A DNA stretch of 64,000 nt, from the NCBI RefSeq assembly GCF_021028975.2, contig NC_059428.1, forward strand, positions 151,218,001 through 151,282,000, written 5' to 3'. The position numbers and the translations under genes are program-made. Shown here piece after piece: positions 22,546 through 34,800 of this stretch. Source of the stretch: Sphaerodactylus townsendi (lineage: Eukaryota). Positions within the stretch are counted from its first letter, which is position 1. Each line of letters opens with the position of its first letter. Below the pieces are notes generated by a model, which made no database searches, was not told the DNA's origin, and was given only the letters and a program-made list of their open reading frames with translations.

Positions 22546-25500
22546 ATGGCCGTGCAGCTGATATCCCGTTACTTCCCAGCGGGGCTTCACACCGTGAAAG
22601 CTTCCTTCTGTCCTTTAACGTCTCCAGCTTGCAAACTGTGGGTGCTTCCACAGAAACTGTTAGCATCTCCTGAAAACCCACATCTGCCCAGCTTCCTGGG
22701 CTCAAGACCTTTCAGCTCATCCCGAGCAGTTGGCAGCAGCAAAGACTTGAACAAGAGACAACCTGCCTGTTCCTCTGAAACGATTGCCGAAGATGAAGCT
22801 GACACAGAGGAAGGCTTTGGCACGCTGTCTGACAAGTTTTCTTCACGACACTTTTTTCATAAAACCACAACAGAGTCTCACGATATGCAGCTCCGAACAC
22901 AGGAGGAGGAGGAGGAATTGAGGCCAAAACCCAGACGAGGTCGTCGGAACACTCCTTATTGGTACTTCTTGCGTTGCAAAGCATTGATCAAGGAAGATAA
23001 GGTCAGCGGCTCTCTTTGTTTAATTGCAAAGGAGGTGACTGGTGCTGGCTGACCAGTGCAGTGGTTATAGCATGACAGACAAACTGAAAATAGAACTATA
23101 GCTGCCCAATCAAGCTCTGCTATCTGCCATCCTTTGGGACATTACTGCTCTTCAGTAGAAATATTTTGCTGTCAAGTCCCAGCTGACATATGCTGATCCA
23201 ATAGGGTTTCACAAGGCAAGAGTTGTTCAGCGATGGTTTCCCATTGCCTGCCTCCACATAAAATATTGTACAGATACATTAAATATTTACAGGAGTTCCT
23301 TAACCTCTCTTTGATGGCTTCCCAGACTCCTGGTTTTTTCTTGCATCCATCCTCATTCTTCATTACTATTAGTGCTGCCTGCCTGCTGTGATTTCCTGTA
23401 GTTCCCTGCCTAAAAAATAAACTTTCTATTTTTGCTTGAATGCAGGTTCCTACAAGTTTACAGTTAGCGAAAGGGTCAACAGGCCAAATCAATTTGAGCC
23501 CCTCACATACTGTAGAGAGAAACATGAAAAGAAAGCAGTGTTTTTTTTAATTGAAGTGAATGTGGTAGAGAATGAAGAATGTGCACAAAAGGCAGTCTTG
23601 ATGATTGTCAGATAGAAGTGTGTTTGTGTGTCAGCGGTCTGACTCTATCCAGCTAAGGAGAAAGTTGTTTTATCTTCCCAGTGACCTCAGGATTCACTTC
23701 TTGGCCATTTTAGCAAATAGCTGACAACCACTGATGTGCAACTGCCTCGGGGCCCTGAATTGTGACTCACATGGGTGTCCCCTTCTCTGCTCTGTCCTTT
23801 CTTCCCTGCAGCTGGCTGAGGCTTTGGACCTGTTTGAAGTGCAGATGCTGAAGGAAGAACGCCTCCAGCCAGAGGAGAGCAACTATACAGTGCTGATTGG
23901 TGGCTGTGGCCGGGTAGGCTACGTAAAGAAGGCATTCAAGCTTTATAATGACGTAAGTGCTTCCAGCCCAGTGGCTTTTCAACAAGGGAGGGAATTGGTG
24001 CCAGCAAAGGGAACATTTGCCACACCAAACTGGGGTGAGTCCAGGGGCTGCAGAAGAGGTGTGAGTTGAAAGGTCTCCTTTCATTGTAGTGGGTCCGACT
24101 TACAATCTCTGTGGCTGTGTCCAATGTGGCTAGCACTCCCCCCTCCAAACTGATTGTGGAGGCAGTGTTGTATAATAGATAGAACAGTAGGTGTAAGCCA
24201 CTTTGGGGCTTTCCTTGTAGAGAAAGATGAAATGAAAACCAAGTAAGTAGGTAGAAGGGGTTATTTACTCTGGCCTCCAGGAGCTCTGTAGTTCTCTCCT
24301 CCTCCTGTGAGGTCACTTAAAAGAGAAGTTGGGATTTATACCCCGCTTTTCTTTACCTTCAAGGAGTCTCAAAGTGGTTTACAAACTCCTTCACAAACTC
24401 CTTCACACAACAAGCACCTTGTAAGGTAGGTGGGGGTAAGAGAGAAAACTGTGACTAGCCCAAGGTCACCCACCAGGCTTCACGTGAAGGAGTGGGGAAA
24501 CAAACACAGTTCTCCAGATTGGAGTCTGGTGCTTTTTAGCCACTGTGCCACATGGGCTCTGAGAGCGTGACTGGCCAAGTTTACCCCGTGAATTTTCATG
24601 TCAGTGTGGGATTTTTGAATCTGGATCCTGGTCTACTATTCTAAGCTAGGGGTCCCCAACCTTTCTCAGCCTGCAGGCACCTTTGGAATTCTGGGCATAA
24701 TCACAAAATGGCTGCCATAGGAGGCGGAGGCAGTTACAAACTGGCTGCCCATTCAATCAGAAACTCTGTGTTGCCTTACCTAATCCCATACTTGGCTGGC
24801 ACCAAGAACATTATCAGCAGACATCACGTGGGTGACCCCTGCTCTCAGCTCTGCATGGCGCTGGCTGCATCTAATCCTTCTCAGGTGTTTGCATAATGGG
24901 GAGTGTGGTTCTTTTCTTTTAATTTCTTTTAATTTAGTTTCTTTTAATGCAAGGGGGGGCTGTTTTTGTCTTGGGAGGAAGATGAAAAAGCGAGGCTTGA
25001 CGCCCACCGATGCCACCTACACAGCACTCTTCAATGCCTGCTCAGAGTCGCCCTGGAAAGATTCGGGCTTGCAGATCGCACTCAAGTTGCGGCGGCAGCT
25101 ACAGGACCGCAATTTGGAGCTGAACACCATCAGCTATCGTGCCTTGCTGAAAGTCTGCGCCTTTTGTTCAGATCTACGAATGTGCTTTGAAGTCTTCAAG
25201 GTAAAACAAAGCTTTCCGTCCAATACCACAAAAACCCTACAGGGGAGCCCAGCAACACCAAGGTGTAGGGGATTGGGTCCTGCAGACCCATCCACTAACA
25301 GGGGCATGTTCCTCCAACAGAGGTGGCATTGTGGTTGCGCCAACAGATTTGGACTGCAGAATTGCCTCTAATTTTCTTAAAAGCTGTACCACAGAACAGT
25401 GAGGGAAATTAATGTCTCCTTTCCCCCCTTTCTAGGAGATGGTCCAGAAAGGCCACAGCGTCACAACAGAGACTTTCAACTTTTTGCTGATGGGGTGCAT

Positions 25501-28500
25501 AAAAGAAAAAGAGGACGGCTTCCGGTATGCCTTGCAGGTCTGTTTTTCCCCCTCTTTTCTTTACAGCAGTGTAAACGTCCGACATTCCAACTTGTATGGT
25601 GGTCGAAACTTCCCTTTTCCTCCCTATAGGACCTTCCAGTTTTCAGGTACACGCTGGAACACAAGAGCTCTGTGCTCGTAGAATTGGAGTGGGCAAACCT
25701 TTCTGCCCGGGAGCTGAATCTGGATATCTATCTGCTTTGGGAGGGATGTTGTTTTTATCGAGCCTTGAACTGTTAGCTAAAGATGCAGGCTTGCAACCCA
25801 GTGCTCCCAATACATTGCAAAGCAGTGCAAGATTAAAGCTCTCATAGACTGGAAGTGGGTGTGAGTTGCAGGGGCAGCTAATAATAAAATAAACAGAGCT
25901 CAGAAGGACTGACTTGCTGTTAGCTTGTGGTCCCCTCCTGTGTGACAGCTACAAAGCCATTCTGATTGCCCGGAGTTTGTTGTGTTTCCCATAACTTTAA
26001 TTCCCCCCCCCCCCAATTTTTCTCCTTCCTCCAACAGCTGTGGCAGCAGATGGCAAAACTGAACATCAAGCCCGACAGATATACCTACAACTTAATGCTG
26101 GCGGCTGCCAGAGACTGCAGCCTGGGTGATCCTCTGGTGGCTTCGGAGCTGCTGCTGAGAGCTCCAGAGGAGAGGCCAGCCGTGCCAAGGTTGAGGTCCG
26201 GTAGACAACGGCAGAAGATGAAGAGTCACGGCGGGGAAGAATCAGGCTCTAGAGCTGGTCCGCAGTTGGATGTGGAAGTCCTGGAAAGACGTATGTTTCC
26301 AGAGAACTGTGGAAAACCCATGGAGCCTTTTTCCAGCCAAGGAGCTGGAGCAAACAACACCCCCAGTGACTCTACTGTGCTGGGTCCCAATAGGTCTGAG
26401 AACTTGCCCATCTCAGATCAAATCCAGCTTGTGCCAAGCTTTGCCAAAGCGGATGTGGGTTTCTCCACGGGCACCTGCTCTTCTCCCAACTTGCTGGACT
26501 TGCCGGTCATGAACAGCAGCCTGGTGTCTTTAGGGACAGTGGCCACACGCTCCGACAGACTGGCTCTGATGGGGAACCTGGAGGGCTTCTTAAAGAAGAT
26601 GAAAGAAGACAACGTGGCAGGGAATATCAAAACGTTCACGCTTCTGGCTGAGCTGGTGGAGCCCAACAGCTCATCAGAATCTGCCTTGCTGACAGTGATG
26701 GAGGAGCACAAGGTGAAACCCGATCTGACGTTTTTTAATACGTTGGTGAGGAAGAAGAGCAAGCAAGGAGATCTAGACGGAGCAAAGGTAGGGTTACGGG
26801 GGTGCTGCTGGGCTATGCTGCCATTTCCCAAGGGCATGGAAGGTGAATTTGTGAAATTCAGTTTCCTGACGGTTTTCAGACAAGCCCTTGTGACTGCCAA
26901 GACGTACCAGAATGTGAATTCTTCTGCTGAAATCTCAGCAGCTGTAGCTGGGTGAGGTTTCCTTTGCTTGGGGTATGGAGGTTTCCTTTGCTTGGGGTAT
27001 GAAATCTCAGCAGCTGCAGCTGGGTGAGGTTTCCTTTGCTTGGGGTATGGCTTTAATGTCACGTGTAACTCCTGGCTCCTCCTCAAAGATTAAAAAAAAA
27101 CCCCAGAGTAAATGTGTCAGGGAGCTGGGGAATGCACCTTGGATTGGGGCCTCTCTGCTGGAGGTTCTTTACTTTCGAGCTTGGGGCTTCTTTACTGTCT
27201 GCTATTTGTTTTCTCTTCTGACTGGCTTGGAACGTAGATAACAGATAGCACCTCTGGCTCTCTCCTTCTTGCCAGATGGCTCACTATCTCAAACCTGACC
27301 TTGGTTTGTTTCACACACTTTTCCCGCATTCTGCCTGGCGTGGGAAAGGGGCAGGATGGGGGTTGGCTTTGGTGGAAATATGCTGAGGGAAGCTGGGGAT
27401 TGATGCAGAACTGGCTTTTGCAAAGCCAGGCTTCAGGCGTCCAGTCCAATAAACACTTCTGATTGATAAAATCTAGAGTGGTCATTGCATGGAACCCTTG
27501 CCCTGACAAAATGGTGCAAAACGGAAGACGTGCAGAGCTGAGTTATCTACTGGAAAAGTATGCACGTTTGTCCAATTCTGCTTAAATGAAAAATCCTCGA
27601 CACAAACCTTTTCAGCCCTAGAACGTACGCAGCCTGATTCATATGCCCCTTTTGTGTATTACAGAGCCTGCTTCCTTTTCTGGTGAAGGAAGGACTATCC
27701 CCAAATTTGCACACTTTTTGCAACTTGGCAATAGCTTGCCACAAGCAAGAGAACGGACTGCAGTTGCTCTCCGACATGAAGGTATGAGAAGCTGTAACTC
27801 AGGGGTGTCCAACTCTGGCGCTTCAGATGTTCATGGACTACAATTCCCATCAGTCCCCTGCTGGCATGGCCAAGTGGCCATAGCATGGCACCAGAGTTGG
27901 ATACCCCTGCTGTAACTTCTGGAGCAGGGTGGTGCGTGGGAGACTTGGTGACCCTGGCATTCCCGAGTATTGAAGAGTTTTAAAATATAAACAGATTTAA
28001 TGCTAATTTGTCAATGTTTGTTGCAGTCTGTTTGGCCGATCAGGTGTATAGGGTATGATTATTTTCCTCTTTTTATTTCATCAGTCCAAAATGAAATTTG
28101 GATTTTTGGGGGGAGGGGAAAGGGAGGGATAATACTTGCTTTGCTCTTTCTCTGAGCAGTGTGCTTGATGGAACGACCACAGTGACTACATCATAGCTTC
28201 TCAGCTTCTTTTTATGAGCAGATTAAGCAAATCCAAAGGGTGGAAAAATACGCTGAGTGTCAGAAACCAGGTTTCACTTTGGCTGAAGTTTCTTGACGTT
28301 TTGCTAAGAATTTCAGAGAAATAGAAAATGGAAGTATTTAGGCAGATCACATTGTAATTAAGAACTATGAAATTAGGAGTGTATAGTTTCTGTGATCTGC
28401 ACATCACGGAAGTCAAGGGGTTGCCTTTGAAACTCCAGAGGTTTGAAATAAGCCATACCACCTGGATTCTCCACAAGCCAATCTTTCATGCCATTTTGCA

Positions 28501-30059
28501 CACCTGATCTCAGAGAAGCCCTTGACTCTGGACAATAACCTTGATGTGGGTGGATGACGGTTTGTTTCTTCCTAAACCTGCGCTTGAATTCCTGCATGGC
28601 TGAATCTGTTAGTTTTTTCACGTTTCTTTTGCCTTTATCTTTCTTTCCTGTGACTTTCAGCGCTCTGGGATAAATCCCAACATCCACATCTACGGCGCAT
28701 TGATCAACACAGCTGTGAAGAAGCTGGACTACGCGTACCTGATTGAGATCCTCAGGGACATGAGGAACACACAGACTGCCCCAAATGAGTTTGTCTTGAA
28801 GATGCTGGAGTTTGCAGCCCAGTATCCTCCAGACTTTGACAGAGTAAGATACCATAGTGATGTTTGGGGGCAGGTATCCTGCAAAGCCATTGAGTTGGAT
28901 CTAGTAGTCCTTCAGTGGAAGTATGCCAAGGCTCATGGACCTTTCCTGCACTTCTACTTTCATTTAGCTGCCTTCCCATCCTTAATATGCACCCTTATCC
29001 TCATATCTTTATGTCTTCATGGATGTCACAACCCTGGGCATCAACCTTCTGTCAGTCAAAAGTGACAACTGTGGGGGTGGGGGACATTTGCTGTTGTTCG
29101 CCGCCCTTAGCCCTGTAAAATGAGGAGGGCAAAGTATAAATATATATTTTTTTAAAAAAACATGATGCTGGAAAGATTCCGCAGCCTCGCACAAATGGAT
29201 CCCTGTATCCAACCCACTCCTTTAGTTTCAAAATAATTTTCGAGTTGAGACAATGAAAATGTTTTAAATCTTCTTATGCTGATTACCCCTGGCCTGGGTG
29301 GCCCAGGCTAGCCCGATCTCATTAGATCTTGGAAGCCAATCAAGGAGACCACCGAGAAAGTCCGAGGAAGGGTTGCTGTGCAGAGGCCGGCAGTGGAAAA
29401 CCACCTCTGAACACTTCTTGCCTTGAAAACCCTGCGGGGTTGCCTTAAGTTGGTTGCGGCTTGACTGGACTTTCTACCACTTTGATGTTATACTGTTGTT
29501 TATAGCAGGTTAAGCATGTGGAGTTTTCGGTAACAAGACTCCACCAGCCCCCCCCCCCCCTCCCCTTGAAGACCTTGTTCATAAAGCCCCTGTGGTTCCC
29601 CCATTCCCTTCATACTGTATACTTGCCCACAAAAGATTGCAGGTGGATTTCAGTTCAGAGTACTGACTTCAGTGGCAGGGAGCAAAGGGCTAGATTGGGC
29701 TGCCCTGCATTAGGAATTCTGCTGCCACACCGTAAAATTCAACTGTCCCTTTCCATACAGAACACAGAGTTTTAAAACAAAGTTAATGCGTTTATGACAC
29801 TTTCCAGCACGGAGTAGTCTGTCCTTGGTTATTGTCTGCACGAAAATGCCGTCCTCCTGCTAAGAGTTCAGTCACCCTCTCTCGCTTTTTCCGCTTGCAG
29901 TACAAGAAGAAAGATCCCTACCTGGAAAAAATAGACGGCTTCAGAGCTTACTACACCCGTTGGCTAAAGTGGATGTCGGCAGAGGAACAACCGCACCCAT
30001 GGGCCAAGTACAGAACGGGAAAGCAATCGCAAAGCAAAGCTAGCACAGGAGACGAATGA
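22546..30059 (+). CDS. PTCD1: Pentatricopeptide repeat domain 1 (mitochondrial), ~708 aa; join(22546..23001,23812..23952,24982..25200,25436..25537,26038..26787,27665..27781,28661..28843,29901..30059)
   Basis: Motifs [24 protein letters not shown] repeats ([31 protein letters not shown]), [31 protein letters not shown]. All phase-0 GT-AG introns; AATAAA at 30203 and 30260. Probable non-coding exon 1 ends at 21955 (AG|GTGAGT). Confidence 0.95.
24322..24560 (-). mobile_element. Squam3-like SINE (older copy) in a PTCD1 intron
   Basis: Reverse-complement copy, more diverged than the others. Confidence 0.7.
24647..24841. mobile_element. hAT-like MITE
   Basis: TAGGGGTCCCCAAC...GGTGACCCCTG ends; flanks TTCTAAGC / CTCTCAGC; internal CAAAATGGCTGCC shared with ~61.9 kb and ~0.65 kb. 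Confidence 0.6.
26928..27050. repeat. Local tandem duplication (~50 bp x2 plus a ~23 bp partial copy)
   Basis: TGAAATCTCAGCAGCTGYAGCTGGGTGAGGTTTCCTTTGCTTGGGGTATG is repeated. Confidence 0.85.
27800..27909. mobile_element. hAT-like palindromic MITE
   Basis: TIR CAGGGGTGTCCAACTCTG / CAGAGTTGGATACCCCTG; perfect 8-bp TSD CTGTAACT. Confidence 0.88.
29287..29475 (+). mobile_element. 5S rRNA-headed SINE
   Basis: GCCCGATCTCATTAGATCTTGGAAGC resembles 5S rRNA. Related minus-strand copies at ~3105-3280, ~30875-31070 and ~48155-48330. Confidence 0.65.
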
Positions 30060-30587
30060 ACAGTGCAGCCACCAGGTGGGCTGTCAGGATGGGAACCAAG
30101 AAGTCAGCATCATTGCGGAGCGCTCTGTACTGTTTCCTTCATCCTTCTGTGGAGTTTATCATGTCCTCAGCGTTGTAAAAGTTGGTATTTGTAAAGCCTG
30201 TAAATAAAACTCTGAGAAGAAAAGCAAACTTCCAACCCGGGCAGCACAGATGGCTTTTAAATAAAAAATAATTCAAACAAGAACACGTTGGTTGAATTCT
30301 TGTATAGGTTCCTGCTGCATTTATTATGCTGTTCTGGGCTGCAACAGCAACACACATGTGTATAGTTTTGTTTAACTAAAGGGACTGTGTGTGTTTCTTG
30401 GAAGTGTGGTGTTTGCAATGCAACCTTATGATAGTTCCCCCCTTCTACATCTGCTGAAATCGGTGGGCTTGGAATGGGGCAACTCTCCTTAGGATAGCAG
30501 AAAGGTGATACAGTTGCGAGTTCAATATGTGAAGTGACTCTTCCCGAAAGATCTCTGGTGGCGGTAAAAAATGCCATCAAATTGCCG

Positions 30588-30824
30588 CTACATAAACAAT
30601 GCAAAAGTGCAGTTTGTATCCAAAAGGCTATCACCACAACCACGTGGTGTAGTTTAACAAATTCAATCCGTTTATAAATGAAAGTTTACAATAAATCCTG
30701 TGTCTTCATACACTTCATATGTATGAAACCTTCATTTATAAAATGATCAATTGGTTAAAATATACCACGTGGTTGTGGCGATAGCCTTTTGGATACAAAT
30801 TGCACTTTTGAATTGTTTATGTAG
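30588..30824. repeat. Long imperfect inverted repeat (~105-bp arms)
   Basis: CTACATAAACAATGCAAAAGTGCAGTTTGTATCCAAAAGGCTATC... pairs with ...GATAGCCTTTTGGATACAAATTGCACTTTTGAATTGTTTATGTAG. Confidence 0.9.
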
Positions 30825-31244
30825 TACTTATGTATCCATTCCCCTTTATACATTGTATAATGACTGAATCAAATTGTAGCTGACATGGCCACTCCATAAG
30901 GTTTTCAAGGCAGGAGATAAACAGAGGGGACTTACTATTGCTTGTCTCTGTGTAGCGACCCTGGATTCCATTCATAGTCTCCCCCCAAGTGCTAAACAGA
31001 GCCGGCCCTCAGCTTAGCTTCCAAGATCTGACAAGATGGGACAAGCCTGCATCATCCAGGTCAGGTCAGGGCAAAATAACTCTACCATGATTTTTTTCTC
31101 TAAGGGTAAAGAATCTCTGCAGATGGTTACCTGTTTACCCATTTTTTCCCAGTTACTCTGCTTGCTTGGTAAGAAAGGTTGAGCAGCTGGGCTTATGCCA
31201 CCAGGTTGTTCTATCTCCAGGCCAAAGGTGCATGCCTTTTTGTT

Positions 31245-31605
31245 TTCATTTATTTCATTTATTGGGCTTATAGACCACTCCCCCCTAGAGGCTCAGGGCG
31301 GTGAACTTTGAAGCATCCTTTAAAACACAGTATAAAAACAACTCGATATATACTCCGTAAAGCCAGAACCATATAAATACAGATGGCATATTGCACTCCC
31401 TTCCCCACCCTCGTGCCCACAGGAGGCCAGATGGAACGGTAGATGTGCTTAACCAGGCTGGCCAAATGCCTGGCGGAACAGGTCCGTCTTGCAGGCCCTG
31501 CAGGAACTCTGCAAGTCCCGCAGGACCCTGATCTCCTTTGGGAGTCTGTTCCACCAGGTGGGGGCCAGGGTTGTAAAGGCCCCGGTCCTTGTAGAGGCCA
31601 GCCTG
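31245..31605 (-). mobile_element. L2-like LINE 3' fragment
   Basis: TTTATT/TTCATT-type tail at 31245-31263, followed by an L2-like 3' region (CCAGGCTGGCCAAATGCCTGGCGGAACAGG..GTTCCACCAGG). Confidence 0.55.
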
Positions 31606-31854
31606 ATTTTGCTTGCTCAGCCTCACAAAAGTCACCACAGAAACAGGGCTTAGGGAGAAGGTAGGCAAGGCTTTATTTTAAAATAAAACGGTTACAGAGA
31701 ATGAACTAACAAGACGCTGCTGTGCCATCCACTGGCAAGGAGGCCCGCTCACTGTCGGGTTTTATGAAAAACACATTGTAGCTCTTAAGAACAGTCACTG
31801 ATGCAGAGTCAGCAGCCGCACAAATGGGAAGAGGGGTGTTACTGGGAAAAGGCT

Positions 31855-34800
31855 TCATCCAGAGCAACCTCTACAGCCACAGTGAGTGCACTCAATGATT
31901 CTCCCCTGTGGAATAAAACCAGCATGTTAAATCACCCCAGGTCAGAGAGATGCACAGGAACTAATGGCCAAGAAGACAGGCAGGCAGGCTTGCTGGATCA
32001 GAGACGCAGACCTTAACAGGAACTGAAATGGATTTAGAGAGATCTGGTTTCCTGCTGACCTGGATGGAAACGCCCCTGGTAGTATGGAACAACAGCAACC
32101 AAAAATGCTTTCTGTGGAAGAATTCAATTAAGTTTCCTCTGTCAGAGGTTAAGAGCATACGCCACCCCAAACACACAGTTGCGAAGATCCTTTATGATCC
32201 CGACTTTCATTTTTAAAACATTCTTGGGAAAAGTCAAGAAGCAGAACAGCATGACTTAAAATTTCCACCCTGTATTGAATGTTCATGTCTCACAGGACAA
32301 CCCACAGCAACAGTTATGAAAAAACTGCGCAAAGAGAGCTGGCATGGAGTAGTGGTTAAGCGCAGATGGATCCTGATCTGGAGAAACAGGTCTGATTCAG
32401 CAGACTCTTGTTTAGTGAACCAGATTTGTTTCCCCACTCCTGCATTCCTGCTGGGAGCCCTTGGGCCAGTCACAGTTCTTCAAAACCCTCAGCCCCACCT
32501 ATCTCAAAAGGTGTCTGTTGTGGGGGGAGGAAGGGAAAGGGGTTGGTAAGCCCTTTAGGGTCTCCTTACAGGAGAAAAAGGGGCGGGGTGTATAAATTCA
32601 AATTCCTTCGGCAATCTGGCACAAGTTTAATAGATTTCAAGCGGGCAAGCGCTTGGTACTTAGATCTTAATTTGGAACATCAGAGACAAATCAGAGCTCT
32701 TCAAAACCACACTGGCATAGTGTGTTGGTCAATGACCAAGCTGCTCATGGATTAAGAGAGTGAGCCTAACCCAGAGAACAAATTAGAAGAAGAGTTGGAT
32801 TTATATCCCCCCTTTCTCTCCTGTGGAAGACTCAAAGGGGTTTACAAACTCCTTTCCCTTCCCCCCTCACAACAAGCACCCTGTGAGGTGGGTGGGGCTG
32901 AGAGAGCTCCAAAGAACTATGACTAGCCCAGCTGGCGTGTATGGGAGTGCACAGGCTAATCTGAATTCCCCAGATAATTCTCAAGTGGCAGAGCAGGGAA
33001 TCAAACCTGGCTCCTCCAGATTAGAGTACACCTGCTCTTAACCACTATGCCACTGCTGCTCAATTAGGTACTAATCAAAAGTCGGGGGAGGGGGGAGGGA
33101 TATTGCAGGGCAGAAAGAATCGCTGTAACAGCTTAGAGCAGTGGTGGCGAACCTTTGGCACTCCAGATGTTATGGACTACAATTCCCATCAGCCCCTTCC
33201 AGCATGGCCAATTGGCCATGCTGGCAGGTGCTGATGGGAATTGTAGTCCATAACATCTGGAGTGCCAAAGGTTCACTACCACGGGCTTAGAAGAAGAATT
33301 TACTCACCACTTCAAGCTTGCTTTTGGGTACCCGGCAGATGCAGTTAGTGCCAAAGTTAGTGTCCCGCGTCTGGATACAGCGCAAGCAACAGAGGTTTTC
33401 ATAGCCCTGCTTCTTCCACTTTGCAATCAGGTTTTTGTCGGCATATCCTTCCCTGATGCAATACTCATACAATTCTGCAGAGTGGAGAGAGGATGCAAAG
33501 AATATTGTGCTTGACGGGGGTAGATGAAGTTATATCCCCACAACCCCCCCACAGCAGTTTCTCTAGATGCCTGGATATAAAACTGCATCATCCAGCTGCC
33601 AGGCTGCATGCCAGAGGAGAGCAGCCTATTTCCTTTGTGGTCCTTAGAGAGATTTTTTTTTTGGAAATTTCAAAGTCACAGAAGATTTCTTCTCCTATCA
33701 AACCTAAACCAATGTCACTGCTTGAACAACATAAAAAGCATTGCCAATAACTTACTTTGCATATACAATTGAAATACTTTACACATTTATTAAGTGTAAG
33801 TCATAAATGCCTTTGTTTCGTACAAACAAAATGCACTGCCAACTGATGCACCCTATGTTGTCTTTGCACATGTGTCTTAATTTTTGCTATCTGGTTCTCA
33901 ATTCAACGTTCAGTTTTTTTCGGAGGCTTTGTTGCAGTGTCTGTCCCACCTCCTTTTGATCTTTTTTTTCCTCCCTCTTCCAAGGCAGGTCAGTAAGATA
34001 CTTTTTACTCAATATGTGGGTAAATATATTACAGCCGTTTGAGGAACAGATGAAAAGGTCAACCACAGCTCAAAAAGACCACAGAAGGCATGCAACTGTG
34101 GAGAAGCAAAGAAAGGATTGCATGGTCCCTCAAAAAGACTAGGTATCCTTCGAGGTGCAGAAATGCACCTTGGATTTAAGAGGTGTATGTGTCTACAGCA
34201 TGCCCTTGTCTTTATAATCATATCACTCATTCAAAGAAAGCAAATATTTCACAGAGGTTTTTCAGTACTCCCAAAAAATTCTAATTTTTTCTTTAGAAAG
34301 ATTGAAAAGAAGGCCTTGGGGCCTTTCCTTTTTTCTGGGCTTTCACATCTCTACTAGCCTTTTAAGACCAGCACCCAGAAAGAAGCAGGAACAATCTAAA
34401 CCAGGGCCTTTAATCAGTTACCATGTTTAATGCAAGATTGTATTTTTAACACATCCCAATTTTCCTCTCCATGTGAGTCACCTTGGAGACTTGTTATCAG
34501 ACTGAAAGGTGACATTTAAATAATTTAAATAAATCTTCCAACAGCCACAATCAGGAAGAGGAGGGCTTCACCAAGATATGCACCAACTTCTACCTGATTC
34601 CCAAACGAAGTGTTCTTTACAAAGAAAACATATGGCTTACCACGACTGATGGCTTTCCTCTTATAGAAAAGATCAAAAATGTAACGAGTTTTCTGGTGGT
34701 GAATTCGGAAGATGGGCCAAAGGGATTCCACTTTCCTCTTCCCTTCGTGTGGTTCAGTCTCAGCTGTCCGTGGGGAAAGAAATAGGGCATGAAGGATAAT

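Noticed and set aside
26418-27086. 222-aa antisense ORF
   Set aside because: Shadow of the large PTCD1 exon, extended by a local tandem duplication.
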